A stretch of 64,000 bases of DNA, from NCBI GenBank assembly GCA_965649265.1, contig CBFGKC010000004.1:150738-214737 (forward strand), written 5' to 3'. A program made the position numbers and the translations under genes. Shown here piece by piece: positions 38,667 through 49,718 of the stretch. Numbering within the stretch: the stretch's first letter is position 1; every line of letters starts with the position of its first letter. The stretch comes from a candidate division WOR-3 bacterium (lineage in GTDB: Bacteria; Hydrothermota; Tepidihabitantia; B3-TA06). Under the pieces are notes generated by a model that was not told the origin of the DNA, searched no databases, and was given only the letters and a program-made list of their open reading frames with translations.

Positions 38667-39136
38667 CACCCCGTTCCCATGGGGGATTCTCATATGCAGT
38701 TTTTGTCAAAGGAAATAACCCCCGTAACACCCGTACCCCTTCGGGGCATTTTTATATGCAGCTTAAGTCTATGGAAATAACACCCGTAACACACCCCTTT
38801 GCATGCAATCTGGGAGAGCATCGTTCAAATTGGCTCATGTGCAGATCGAATGTTTAGGTGTTGCTGAGGGACCCGTAACACCCCCCCTGCATGTAATCTG
38901 GGAGAGCATCGTTCAAATTGACTCGTGTGCAGATCAGATTTTGAGGTGTAGCCGAGGAGGGCCGATGAGGGCTGAGGGGGGCTGAGGGGGGCTCCCGTCC
39001 CCTCCGGGGTAGGGCTCTGGCCCTTGGGATGAGTCTTCATACCACAGGTCAGGGTCCGCCCCTTGAGATTTGACCATATCACAAAGGGGTGTTATCACAA
39101 GCAGCTTGGGGTCAATGGAAATAACTCCCGTAACAC
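38660..39136 (+). repeat. Array of CCCGTAACAC-delimited cassettes (A, A', B, B', partial A)
   Basis: Delimiter at 38660, 38721, 38783, 38872, 39127; A units ~61 bp, B units ~89 bp. Confidence 0.85.
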
Positions 39137-39261
39137 ACTCTGACCCCAGAGGAATACTCCGTATTGCTTTGGGCTCCTTTTTTTGCCTTTTAATGGGAGT
39201 CAGACTTTTTGTGTGAGACTTCAGCCCTAAAATTAATCTGTAAAAGGTTACACGAAAGGTT

Positions 39262-40620
39262 CTATTTCAGGGCTTTTCTCTGGAAGCAGTCGGGAAGGTT
39301 CAGTATCTGGCGGTACTTGGCCACCGTCCTGCGGGAAAGGTTGATCCCGCATTCCTTCAAGTGTTCTGCAATTTCGATGTCTGCCAGCGGGGAGTCTTTG
39401 TTCTCGCCGTCGATTATCTCCTTGAGCTTTTCCATTACCGGGTCCTTCTCGACTTTCGAAAAGAAAGCACGGAGCGGGAATATCCCTGCAGGGGTCTCTA
39501 TGTACTTGTCTCTTACCGCCCGCGATATTGTCGAGGCGTGCAGGCCAAGAGTGTCCGCAACGTCCTTCATAAGAAGAGAACTTATCGAGGCGTTTCTGCC
39601 GTCGAAGAAGTCATAGTTCTTGTGAAGAATTTCTCCGGCTAAACGCGTGAGCGTGTCCCGGCGTTGAAGTATTCCCTTGATGAACATTTGCGCTCTCTCC
39701 AGTTTCGATTTGGCGAATTCAAGCTCATCCTTGCGGAACCTTTTAGGATTTTCGAGTATCTCCCTCACCTTTGCTGAGAGGCGCAGAGGGGGGAGGGGGG
39801 CCTCATTGATGACTACCTCAAGATTTCCTTCCCGGTACTTTATGCTCATATCGGGCTGAATCGATCCTGCGGAGATTTCCCTGAAGTTGCGACCAGGCTT
39901 CGGGTCCAGCGTGGAGATGTTCTCGAACGCCCTGGCTATCTCTTCGGTTCCGAGTCTCAATTTATGGGCCAGCGAGGTTATGCGTCTTTGAAGAAGAAAA
40001 TCGAAGTACTCGGTCAGAATCCTCATCTCAGGGCTTTTTTCGTCGTAGCCGAGAACCTTTAGTTGAACGATGAGCGCTTCGCGCACATCTCTTGATGCAA
40101 GTCCCACAGGCTCAAGAAACTGGATGCGGTTGCGCACCCCTTCGACCGTTTCTGAATCCACATTGAGGTCTTGTGCAATCTTCGAAATCTCTTCGTGAAG
40201 GAATCCGTCCTCGTCGAGACCGTCCAGAATGTAACGGGCGATGCGGTACTCCTCGTTTGAACCGGAAAACTCGCACGCAATCTGGCGCATCATGTGCTCC
40301 TCGATTGAAGATCGATCGGCAAAAAGGGAACCGGGTTCCTGAGTTTCCTCAGGCTCGCCGTATGAAGCCGCACCCGAAGGATAGAAATCGTCGACTGAGA
40401 ATTCGTCCGACTGCCTTTCCTCCCTCTCCTCGGGTTCGTTTTCCGTAAGCTCGAGCGCCGGGTTTTGTTCGAGTTCAACGTGCAGCATCTCTTCCAGGGA
40501 GAGTATGTTGGCCTGAAGTATTTCGAGCCGGAGTCTCATCTCCTGCGTCAAATGCAGGGCGAGTTCGGGCCTCAAGGTTGCTTCAAGGCGCTGTTCTCCG
40601 TAGAAGGAAGCTGGCCTCAT
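39262..40620 (-). CDS. rpoN: RNA polymerase sigma-54 factor
   Basis: ELEQNPALE, HASTISRA, RpoN box SRRTVAKYR. Confidence 0.95.
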   Translation of the reverse strand: MRPASFYGEQRLEATLRPELALHLTQEMRLRLEILQANILSLEEMLHVELEQNPALELTENEPEEREERQSDEFSVDDFYPSGAASYGEPEETQEPGSLFADRSSIEEHMMRQIACEFSGSNEEYRIARYILDGLDEDGFLHEEISKIAQDLNVDSETVEGVRNRIQFLEPVGLASRDVREALIVQLKVLGYDEKSPEMRILTEYFDFLLQRRITSLAHKLRLGTEEIARAFENISTLDPKPGRNFREISAGSIQPDMSIKYREGNLEVVINEAPLPPLRLSAKVREILENPKRFRKDELEFAKSKLERAQMFIKGILQRRDTLTRLAGEILHKNYDFFDGRNASISSLLMKDVADTLGLHASTISRAVRDKYIETPAGIFPLRAFFSKVEKDPVMEKLKEIIDGENKDSPLADIEIAEHLKECGINLSRRTVAKYRQILNLPDCFQRKALK

Positions 40621-41384
40621 ATCTTGAACTCCTTACCGAGGTACACTTCTCTAACCTTGGGATCAGCCACGAGTTTCTTGGACGTGCCCGCCAGGAGGAT
40701 TCGTGAATCGTACATGAGGTAAGTGCGATCGGTTATCTCGAGAGTCTCGCGCACGTTATGGTCGGTCACGAGAATCCCTATGCCGTCCTTTTTCAGGAGT
40801 CTTACGATCTTCTGGATTTCACCGCGGACTATCGGATCGATGCCCGTGAAGGGTTCGTCAAGCAAAAGAAACTTTGGTTCGGTCGCGAGCGCTCGCGCTA
40901 TCTCCACCCTTCTGCGTTCACCGCCCGAAAGCGTCCCGCCCCTGGAGCGCCGCAGGCTTTTTATCTCGAATTTTTCGAGAAGAGTCTCGGTTCTCTCCGC
41001 GATTACATTCTTCGGATAGCCGCGCAGCTCGAGAACGGCGCGAATGTTGTCTTCTATGCTCAATTTTCTGAACACCGACGGCTCCTGGGAAAGATAACCT
41101 ATTCCGAGTCGCGCCCGTTTGAATATCGGCATTTCCGTTATCTTCTGGCCGTCTATCTCTATTTCACCCTGCGTAGGCTGGGTAAAGCCGATTATCATCG
41201 AGAAGGTGGTCGTTTTGCCTGCGCCGTTCGGCCCGAGCAGTCCCACGACCTCACCTTGCCGGAGTTCCAGAGATACGTCCTGAACCACGGTGCGTTTGCC
41301 GTACTCCTTGCGGAGGCCTATCGCGCGCAAAACGCTTGCGCCGTTATTCTCCTGAGGCTTCTTCTTTCCAGTAGTAGTTGCCAT
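40617..41384 (-). CDS. lptB: LPS export ABC ATPase
   Basis: GPNGAGKTT, YLSQEPSVF, LSGGERRRVEIAR, TDHNVRE. Confidence 0.95.
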   Translation of the reverse strand: MATTTGKKKPQENNGASVLRAIGLRKEYGKRTVVQDVSLELRQGEVVGLLGPNGAGKTTTFSMIIGFTQPTQGEIEIDGQKITEMPIFKRARLGIGYLSQEPSVFRKLSIEDNIRAVLELRGYPKNVIAERTETLLEKFEIKSLRRSRGGTLSGGERRRVEIARALATEPKFLLLDEPFTGIDPIVRGEIQKIVRLLKKDGIGILVTDHNVRETLEITDRTYLMYDSRILLAGTSKKLVADPKVREVYLGKEFKI

Positions 41385-42240
41385 TTACTCCTCCGGTGAA
41401 GATTAGTTTTTCATTTCCCTCGTCGTGCATATCTATGGTTAAGGCCGGCGATTTCAAGACCACCGAATCCTCGCCCTCGGTTTTGTAGCGTGTTGTGACC
41501 TCCGGGTAAAGGTAGATATTCTCAATCCTTCTTTCCCGAAGCTTGAAATGAGCCGTGTCGGCGTTTATGACTCCTTCAGGGTTAACTATCTTTGCGTTGC
41601 CGTACGCGTAACCCTCATCCATTTCGTAGAACATGACCATGGTGTCGCAGTACACAGTGGCGTCCCTGGACACTATCTTCACGTCGCCCCCGGCGCTGGC
41701 TGTCCTGGAGCGCTGTGAGAGGTGCATCCGTTTGCTCGTCACATTGAATGACGACTGATCCTTGTCCTCGACAAGTCTCGGATTGTCCAGTATAGACCCT
41801 TCGTCCTTCTCCAGGTTGTAACTGGCGTCATTGCCCGTAATAAGAATTCCTTCTTTGAGATCCCTTATCTCCGCGCCTTTCTCTATCGTGGCCGTTCTTG
41901 ATCTGTGGTTTATCACGAGCCTTGGGGCGCGAATTTCCGTCTCAGCCCGTTTCACAACCACGCGGCGGTAGAGATAGGATACCTGCTCCTTTGTATCAAA
42001 GCGCAGCGAATCGGCCGTTATGTCCACACCTTGTGATTTGATCACGAGCGAATCGAGGACTATAAGGCTGTTCTCTTCGGGTGCGAACCATGCCTGCGCG
42101 CCGTGAATGTCCAGTTTATCGTCATAAAGATGAACCCCTCCTATCAGGTGCGTTACCCTTGCGTTGTCCTGCCTTAATATCTCCATTTTCTCCGCCTCGA
42201 ACGAAAGCTTTGCCATAAGTGAAAGAATGAACAAAATCAT
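41344..42240 (-). CDS. lptA: OstA/LptA-like beta-jellyroll protein
   Basis: Repeated I.AD/I.CD beta motifs, position between lptC and lptB; start reassigned to 42240. Confidence 0.7.
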   Translation of the reverse strand: MILFILSLMAKLSFEAEKMEILRQDNARVTHLIGGVHLYDDKLDIHGAQAWFAPEENSLIVLDSLVIKSQGVDITADSLRFDTKEQVSYLYRRVVVKRAETEIRAPRLVINHRSRTATIEKGAEIRDLKEGILITGNDASYNLEKDEGSILDNPRLVEDKDQSSFNVTSKRMHLSQRSRTASAGGDVKIVSRDATVYCDTMVMFYEMDEGYAYGNAKIVNPEGVINADTAHFKLRERRIENIYLYPEVTTRYKTEGEDSVVLKSPALTIDMHDEGNEKLIFTGGVNGNYYWKEEASGE

Positions 42241-42812
42241 GGCGTTCCGCCCTCCTTGCCCTCCTCGCCCACTTTGCCTTCCTCGCCTTCCACTGAGAAT
42301 CCCGTTGTTCCCTCGATTTTTTCTTTGATCACTATTTTGTTCAAATCCGCGTCCGAAATCAGACCCTTCCCCTGGACGGTTCCCTCCCTGGAAGTAATGT
42401 AGACGATCGCGTCCGTTTCTATCTGGGCCCGGCGGTTGAACCACGCAAGCGTATCGGTTTTCAAAACGGTGCTGTCCTGGGTGGTGACTACCACGTGTCC
42501 GTATGCCCTGAGGTCTCCGGTGGAGTTGTAGACGATCCCCGAGTCGCACACGACTTCTGAAGTGAACTCCTTATCGGGGCCGAGAAATTTTATGTGCGGC
42601 TCGAGCACGACGATCCTCGAGTTCCTCTCATAGTAAAACGCGCGGCGACCCTCCAGGTAGTACCGCTTCTTTCCGGTGGTACTCTCTTCCATCTTGATGT
42701 TGTCCACTATCTGGGTCGGCAATTCCACCTCCTTGCCGGCCTTGGGTTCCTCCTTCGTGCAGGATAAGGCTCCCGCAACAATCATGATAATTGCAGTCAG
42801 ATATCTTTTCAT
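42237..42812 (-). CDS. lptC: LPS export protein LptC
   Basis: Lipobox-like ALSC, LKTDTLAW, GKGL, synteny. Confidence 0.8.
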   Translation of the reverse strand: MKRYLTAIIMIVAGALSCTKEEPKAGKEVELPTQIVDNIKMEESTTGKKRYYLEGRRAFYYERNSRIVVLEPHIKFLGPDKEFTSEVVCDSGIVYNSTGDLRAYGHVVVTTQDSTVLKTDTLAWFNRRAQIETDAIVYITSREGTVQGKGLISDADLNKIVIKEKIEGTTGFSVEGEEGKVGEEGKEGGTP

Positions 42813-43561
42813 CAGTCGCCCCAGGAGACCCATTCCGAGGGATTATCCCTGAAGAACGGCGCAAAGAACTTACTGATATCCGCGTTCTTCGAGCCGATCT
42901 TTACCCATAGCTTGCGTTGTTCGAAACCGCATATTACGGGTATGAGCGGTTTGTGAGCCCTTTCGGCCATCAGCGAAGGAATCACCGATATCCTGTATCC
43001 CGGATAGGGCAAGTCGACTGATTTTCCTTTAGCCCTGCGGGTTTTATCGAAAAGCGCCGCGACGAAGACCCCCTCCCTCAAGGCGATAGAGGCTTTTCTC
43101 AAATCGCCAATCTCGCGCAGCCCGGCCCTGCGGCGAAGGGCACCGAGATAGCGTCCGAGCAGGCCGTTTTTCTGGCCGCTCACGACCGCTCCTATGCGAT
43201 ACCCCTTCAGGGTGAAAATCTCGGCAAGAAGCTCCCACGGACCGTAATGGAAGAGGGCAACGACACCGGCATCCCCCCTGTTCCTGAGCCGGTCGATGTT
43301 CTCCTCACCTTCGATCCTCGCCATACTGCCGAGAGTCCTCGTGAAAGGAGTTCCCATCCTGGCCATTACGGCAAGATTGAACGCGGCCTTTTTTAAGGAT
43401 TCGGTGTCTCTCACGCAGGTTTTTGTACCGTCGAGTCTCTCCGCGGTTAATCGCGATTGTCCGATCACGAGGTCTAGCAAACGAACCAGCCTTCGAGACA
43501 GCGCATGGGCTATCTCAAAAGGAAGAATCCTGAGGGTGAGAAGTATGAATATCGTGATCAT
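42812..43561 (-). CDS. Divergent LpxL/PatA-family lysophospholipid acyltransferase
   Basis: HYGPWE (family H.GNWE), LFD, P.EWV.W end. Confidence 0.65.
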   Translation of the reverse strand: MITIFILLTLRILPFEIAHALSRRLVRLLDLVIGQSRLTAERLDGTKTCVRDTESLKKAAFNLAVMARMGTPFTRTLGSMARIEGEENIDRLRNRGDAGVVALFHYGPWELLAEIFTLKGYRIGAVVSGQKNGLLGRYLGALRRRAGLREIGDLRKASIALREGVFVAALFDKTRRAKGKSVDLPYPGYRISVIPSLMAERAHKPLIPVICGFEQRKLWVKIGSKNADISKFFAPFFRDNPSEWVSWGD

Positions 43562-43583
43562 CAGGCCTTTCCTTGAGTTATTA

Positions 43584-45245
<1,662 letters not shown>

Positions 45246-45350
45246 TTAGTCAAGCATTTCTAAGCAAGAAGAGTGCCAATTGATATTCTCAAGATAGAGA
45301 TACATCTCCCGCAAGGTATTCTACCGGCCGCGACTAAGAATCGTAATAAA

Positions 45351-45382
45351 TAAAAAAGGCGAGACAGGGCCCGCCTTTTTTA
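45351..45382 (-). terminator. Intrinsic terminator (bidirectional-type)
   Basis: AAAAAAGGCG...CGCCTTTTTT. Confidence 0.7.
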
Positions 45383-45399
45383 GCCTAATTCTTTTTTTC

Positions 45400-46458
45400 T
45401 TAATCGATTACGACCGCCTTGGCCGTCAGGTTTTCGTTATTACTCCTCATCTTAATGAAATAAACGCCTTTTGAGAGGCCTTTGGGCAGCTCGACAGTCG
45501 TTTTGCCGTCTGAAGGGGTTCCCTTGTAGATTGTTCCCAGACTTTGACCGGCTATGTTGTAGATCGTAAGTTCAACAAATCCAGGGGTTGCCGCTTCGAA
45601 AAAGATCTTATTACCGGCGACAGCAATGGATCCGGTGGTTATCACCTGGTTTTCTTCAACTGCAGTGTTTATGTTATTCTTGACCAGAGGCCTGTACATG
45701 CTTGCTTCCTGGTATTCAGGGTCTGTCTCGCCGTCATAACTGCCTATTGTCATTACGCCTCCAACGTCCTTGGCAACCCACTGGTAGTTAATGGTCATGC
45801 TTGTGTCGGCCATGAAAGGCATTGTTGCAAGCGTAAGTGATATGTAAGTTGTGTCGAAGACCTGGATGCGTAGGGCCTCGTAGGTGCCCTGGGGAACCGT
45901 TACCGTGCCCCACGCGTCAACCTTGTTCGATTCAATACGTATGACCTCCAGGACCAGCGGAGCCGGGTCGAGGCTCAAGGTATCGGCCAGATATATCGAA
46001 TCGCCCCACGATGAACCCATTTCGAGGGGGAGGGGGAGATAGGTCTCTTCCGGATTGCATCTGCCGATAAGGGTCAGTGTATCGTACATGGCGGCTCCGC
46101 CAAGAAGTCTGACCTGGGTCATGGTCGTTCTCAAATACTCCCACATGTCGCCGGAGGTGGTGTCGCCGAGCGAACCGGTGGTGTGATAGACGAACTCGGC
46201 CTTTGTGAATATCGTGTCCCAGTCAGTGCTGTCGGGAGAAAGCACCTCGAATATGGATGTATCGCCGAAAACGGGCTTTGAGAAATCCCACGTGCGCGGG
46301 CCGCCCGTTTTACCGATATCGACGATTATCTGGCTTGAGGTATCTGATACAAACTGGCCCTCGTATCCCACGGCGGGAAGATCGGCCTCCGTAAAGGACG
46401 GCTGGGCATTCAATATCACGAAGCATGAAAGAAACAAAAAAGGGATAATCTTCTGCAT
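45400..46458 (-). CDS. Secreted protein with T9SS-like C-terminal tail
   Basis: Signal peptide; IYNIAGQ...LSKGVYFIK...KAVVI. Confidence 0.75.
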   Translation of the reverse strand: MQKIIPFLFLSCFVILNAQPSFTEADLPAVGYEGQFVSDTSSQIIVDIGKTGGPRTWDFSKPVFGDTSIFEVLSPDSTDWDTIFTKAEFVYHTTGSLGDTTSGDMWEYLRTTMTQVRLLGGAAMYDTLTLIGRCNPEETYLPLPLEMGSSWGDSIYLADTLSLDPAPLVLEVIRIESNKVDAWGTVTVPQGTYEALRIQVFDTTYISLTLATMPFMADTSMTINYQWVAKDVGGVMTIGSYDGETDPEYQEASMYRPLVKNNINTAVEENQVITTGSIAVAGNKIFFEAATPGFVELTIYNIAGQSLGTIYKGTPSDGKTTVELPKGLSKGVYFIKMRSNNENLTAKAVVID

Positions 46459-46613
46459 TGCGGTTTCCTCCTTGGAGTTAAAGATAAATCTATTATAATA
46501 TTATAAGCGCCGAACATTAGTTTGTCAAGTTAACTATTTTTTCTCGACCAGGGGGAGGGGCTTGACAAAATCGTTCGCTTGAAGAATATTTGGTTTCTAA
46601 AAGGAGGCGTAAA

Positions 46614-47909
46614 GTGAAAAAAGTCTTTATAATCTTCTCCATAATCCCGATCTTGCTTATAGCATCATCGCCAAAGCTGCGAATAGGCTATTACGGGCAC
46701 TCCATGTTCGAAATAGTCTTGCCCTCGGGTGTCCGCATCGTTACCGATCCTTTTACCACGGACCCGAGTATCGAGAGTCCTTTCCCTGCGGGCATCCAGG
46801 CCGATATCGTCGTTATGAGCCACAGTCATTACGACCACGCGAACTCCGCCGGTGTTGGCGGTTCTCCCGACCTCATATCCTGGACGAGCGAGACATCGCA
46901 CGGCATCGCGTTCACGGCAACGCCCGTAAGACACTTTCCGGATGGAGCTGTGGGCGATAACAACATCATGACATGGGAGGCCGCAGGTCTCAAGCTCAAC
47001 CACATGGGCGACTATGGCGATACGGCTCTTTCCGAGAGCGAGAAGGGTGTTCTTTCATTGTGCGACATACTGTTCATCCCCGCCGGTGGGGCCGGAACCA
47101 CAATAGATGCGGCAAAAGCCGACGGCTTCATCTCTCAGGTCACACCCCGGGTCTCCTTTCCCATGCATATCTGGAATCTAAGCCTTGAGGATATCAACGC
47201 ATCGCTCACCCACCCCGTAACCATCTACGACGGCTACTGGATCGCCGTGGACCCGGACAAACTGCCCGAAGGTCCGGTCATCTGGGAGATAAGACAACCC
47301 ACCCCCTCCTCCCCTGCGGAGCTTGCCGCAGACCTTGCGGCCGCTTCCATCGCCGCAGATTCCAAATCGGGCTCCTACACCTTCACACTGAACGTGAAGA
47401 ACAACACCGCGAGGGCGCTCAACGATGCGGCCTGCTACATAACCGTATACGACGGCAGCACGCAGGTCTTTGCCGATTCAGGGACGATGAATGTGTCATC
47501 CAGCGGAAATGCCCAATTCGAATCCGGGCAGTGGATGCCTTCGTCGACAAAAGAGTACAGGCTCTTCGGTGAAGTCGTATACCCTGCCGACGAGGCTCCG
47601 CAGAACGACACCGTATCCGCGCAGGCGGCTCTCACAGGTGTTGCGGAATTACCTCTCCACGAACTTCGTCTTGAAGTACGTCCTGAAAATCCAGGAGGGG
47701 TCTTTTTCGATTACTCGGCGCCTTCGAACGGGGCAAGGCTCGCAATCTACGACTCAGGCGGCAGGCTCGTCGATGCCTTCTTGCTCGAACCAGGCTCAGA
47801 TAGATCGCTCCTCTATAATTACGAACGATCGCTCCGCAGCGGTGTCTATTTCGCAAGGGTCTCTCTCGCTCAACGCTCGCTGACCAGGAAGTTCGTTATC
47901 TGCAACTGA
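46614..47909 (+). CDS. Secreted MBL-fold hydrolase + CARDB-like domain + T9SS-like tail
   Basis: YGHSMF, SHSHYDH, HMGD, FPMH; DEAPQND; IYDSGGR..SGVYFAR..KFVI. Confidence 0.8.
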   Translation: MKKVFIIFSIIPILLIASSPKLRIGYYGHSMFEIVLPSGVRIVTDPFTTDPSIESPFPAGIQADIVVMSHSHYDHANSAGVGGSPDLISWTSETSHGIAFTATPVRHFPDGAVGDNNIMTWEAAGLKLNHMGDYGDTALSESEKGVLSLCDILFIPAGGAGTTIDAAKADGFISQVTPRVSFPMHIWNLSLEDINASLTHPVTIYDGYWIAVDPDKLPEGPVIWEIRQPTPSSPAELAADLAAASIAADSKSGSYTFTLNVKNNTARALNDAACYITVYDGSTQVFADSGTMNVSSSGNAQFESGQWMPSSTKEYRLFGEVVYPADEAPQNDTVSAQAALTGVAELPLHELRLEVRPENPGGVFFDYSAPSNGARLAIYDSGGRLVDAFLLEPGSDRSLLYNYERSLRSGVYFARVSLAQRSLTRKFVICN

Positions 47910-48036
47910 TTCGACCGTTCCTTCATTAAGGGGTCGACCCGGGACCTCCAATCAACCCTTTCGAGAGGGGCGAGACATTTATCTTGACAAAACCATGTAG
48001 TATCATAAACTATTCTCTTCAATCTCGGAGGACAAA

Positions 48037-49263
48037 TTGCGTGATTCATACGATCTTGTAATTATCGGCGGAGGCGTAATAGGTGCTTCGGTTCTCTGGA
48101 ACCTTAAGGCACAGGGCTTTACTGGTACGGTCGCCCTTCTCGAACGCGGCGACGCCCTCGCGGAGGAGACCTCGGCCAAGTCGGCGGGCGCGTTCCGCAA
48201 CCTTTGGGGCTCTCGCATCAACCTCGATATGTGCAACTACTCCATACGCTTCCTCGAGACTTTCGAGAAGGACTTCTCCATCCCGATAGGCTTCCACAAG
48301 CACGGCTACCTTTTCACCTTCTACGAGAAGCGTTGGAACGAGATCAAGGCCTACAAGCCGAACCTCGATGCCGCAGGCGTACGCTCCCAACTCCTCTCTC
48401 CTGCTGAAGTCGAAAAGATGGTTCCCGGACTCAAGGCCGGTGTCGATCATATGGATCCCGATATCGTCGAGTTCGCCGGGTTCGAGCCCATCATGGGCGG
48501 GCTTTTCGGGCCCGACTGCGGCTCGTTCGATCCCTCTGCCGCCGCGAAAGGCTACGTCGAGCGCACTCAGCGCGAGTACTCCTCCTCCGTAGAGGTGAGT
48601 CTCAAAACGGAGGTCCGCAAGATAGAGTTCGAGAATAATCGCGTGAAGGGCGTCGAGCTTGCCAACGGCCGTCACATAGGCACGAGAATGCTCGTTTTAG
48701 CCGCCGGTCCCTGGGCTATGCAGCTTCTGGCCGCCTCCGGTCTGCGCGACGACGAGAATCTTCCCGTGGTGCCGCTCAAGCGCCAGCTCTTCATCACCAA
48801 CCTGCCCGACGTCCCCGGATACGACCACATACCACTCGTCATAATCGACCGCGGCATATATTTCAAGTACGAGACCGGCAACCTCCAGATCGGCCGCGCC
48901 GACCCCGAACAAAAAGCGGGATTCGATCAGACCCCCTCGCTCGCCTACTACAAGGACGAGATGGCGCCCTACATGCAGGAGCGCATCCCGGCCGCCTCGC
49001 ACTGCAACGTGAAGAACATGTGGGCGGGCCTTTACTCGATGACGGTTCCCGACCACAACGGCATCCTCGGCGCTCACCCCGGTTTTCCCGGACTTTACCT
49101 CGCCAACGGATGGTCCGGCCACGGCGCGATGGTGGCACCTGCGGCGGGCGCAGCACTCGCCGAACTCATCACCCAGGGTTCCTACAAGTCCGTCGACGCC
49201 CGGCAGCTTCGCTTCGAGCGCTTCGCCGAGCAAGACCTCGTTCACGAAGAAATAGTGATATAA
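48037..49263 (+). CDS. FAD-dependent oxidoreductase (sarcosine oxidase beta/DadA family)
   Basis: GGGVIG, TSAKSAG, AAGPW, WAGLY..TVPDH, GWSGHG. Confidence 0.88.
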   Translation: MRDSYDLVIIGGGVIGASVLWNLKAQGFTGTVALLERGDALAEETSAKSAGAFRNLWGSRINLDMCNYSIRFLETFEKDFSIPIGFHKHGYLFTFYEKRWNEIKAYKPNLDAAGVRSQLLSPAEVEKMVPGLKAGVDHMDPDIVEFAGFEPIMGGLFGPDCGSFDPSAAAKGYVERTQREYSSSVEVSLKTEVRKIEFENNRVKGVELANGRHIGTRMLVLAAGPWAMQLLAASGLRDDENLPVVPLKRQLFITNLPDVPGYDHIPLVIIDRGIYFKYETGNLQIGRADPEQKAGFDQTPSLAYYKDEMAPYMQERIPAASHCNVKNMWAGLYSMTVPDHNGILGAHPGFPGLYLANGWSGHGAMVAPAAGAALAELITQGSYKSVDARQLRFERFAEQDLVHEEIVI

Positions 49264-49266
49264 TCA

Positions 49267-49636
49267 CCCCATAAAAACGCTCCACGTTTTTATGGGGACC
49301 CCGTCCTTCTGTCCCTCCCACTAAGGAGGAGAAGTGCCAACTGTCTTTGCGAGTTAGCCCCGGAGGGGCATGGGCGGAACAAGCGCTGGATGCGCATTAG
49401 TTCCGCAATTTGCTGAGAGCAACCGAATGCTCCGAAGGGTGACTGAAGGTCACTACCTATTTGCGAAGCAAATGCTTCTTTACAGAGGCGGTTCGTGGAA
49501 ACCTTTCTTGGGAGAGGAGCCGATGAAACCTTCACCGCCCCCTCCCCCCTCCGTCAAGGAGGGGGGCGCATATTCAAGGAACATTCGCTACGTGAATAGA
49601 TTGCTTCGTCCTCCGGGGGGAGGCCTCGCAATGACA
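49267..49636. repeat. Composite intergenic repeat element: REP hairpin + TGTCTTTGCGAG...CTCGCAATGACA-bounded structured element
   Basis: Terminal inverted repeats at 49342 and ~49625-49636; 49342-49482 similar to the reverse complement of 58231-58393. Confidence 0.8.
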
Positions 49637-49718
49637 TTACTTCTTCCAGCGTCACTAATGGGGTGAAGAAGCATCATTGTCCGGGTTGACTTTTCCCCCC
49701 AAATCCGGAGAATCCATA

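Noticed and set aside
38660-39136. CRISPR array
   Set aside because: The constant part is only 10 bp and the intervening units are paralogous pairs, not unique spacers
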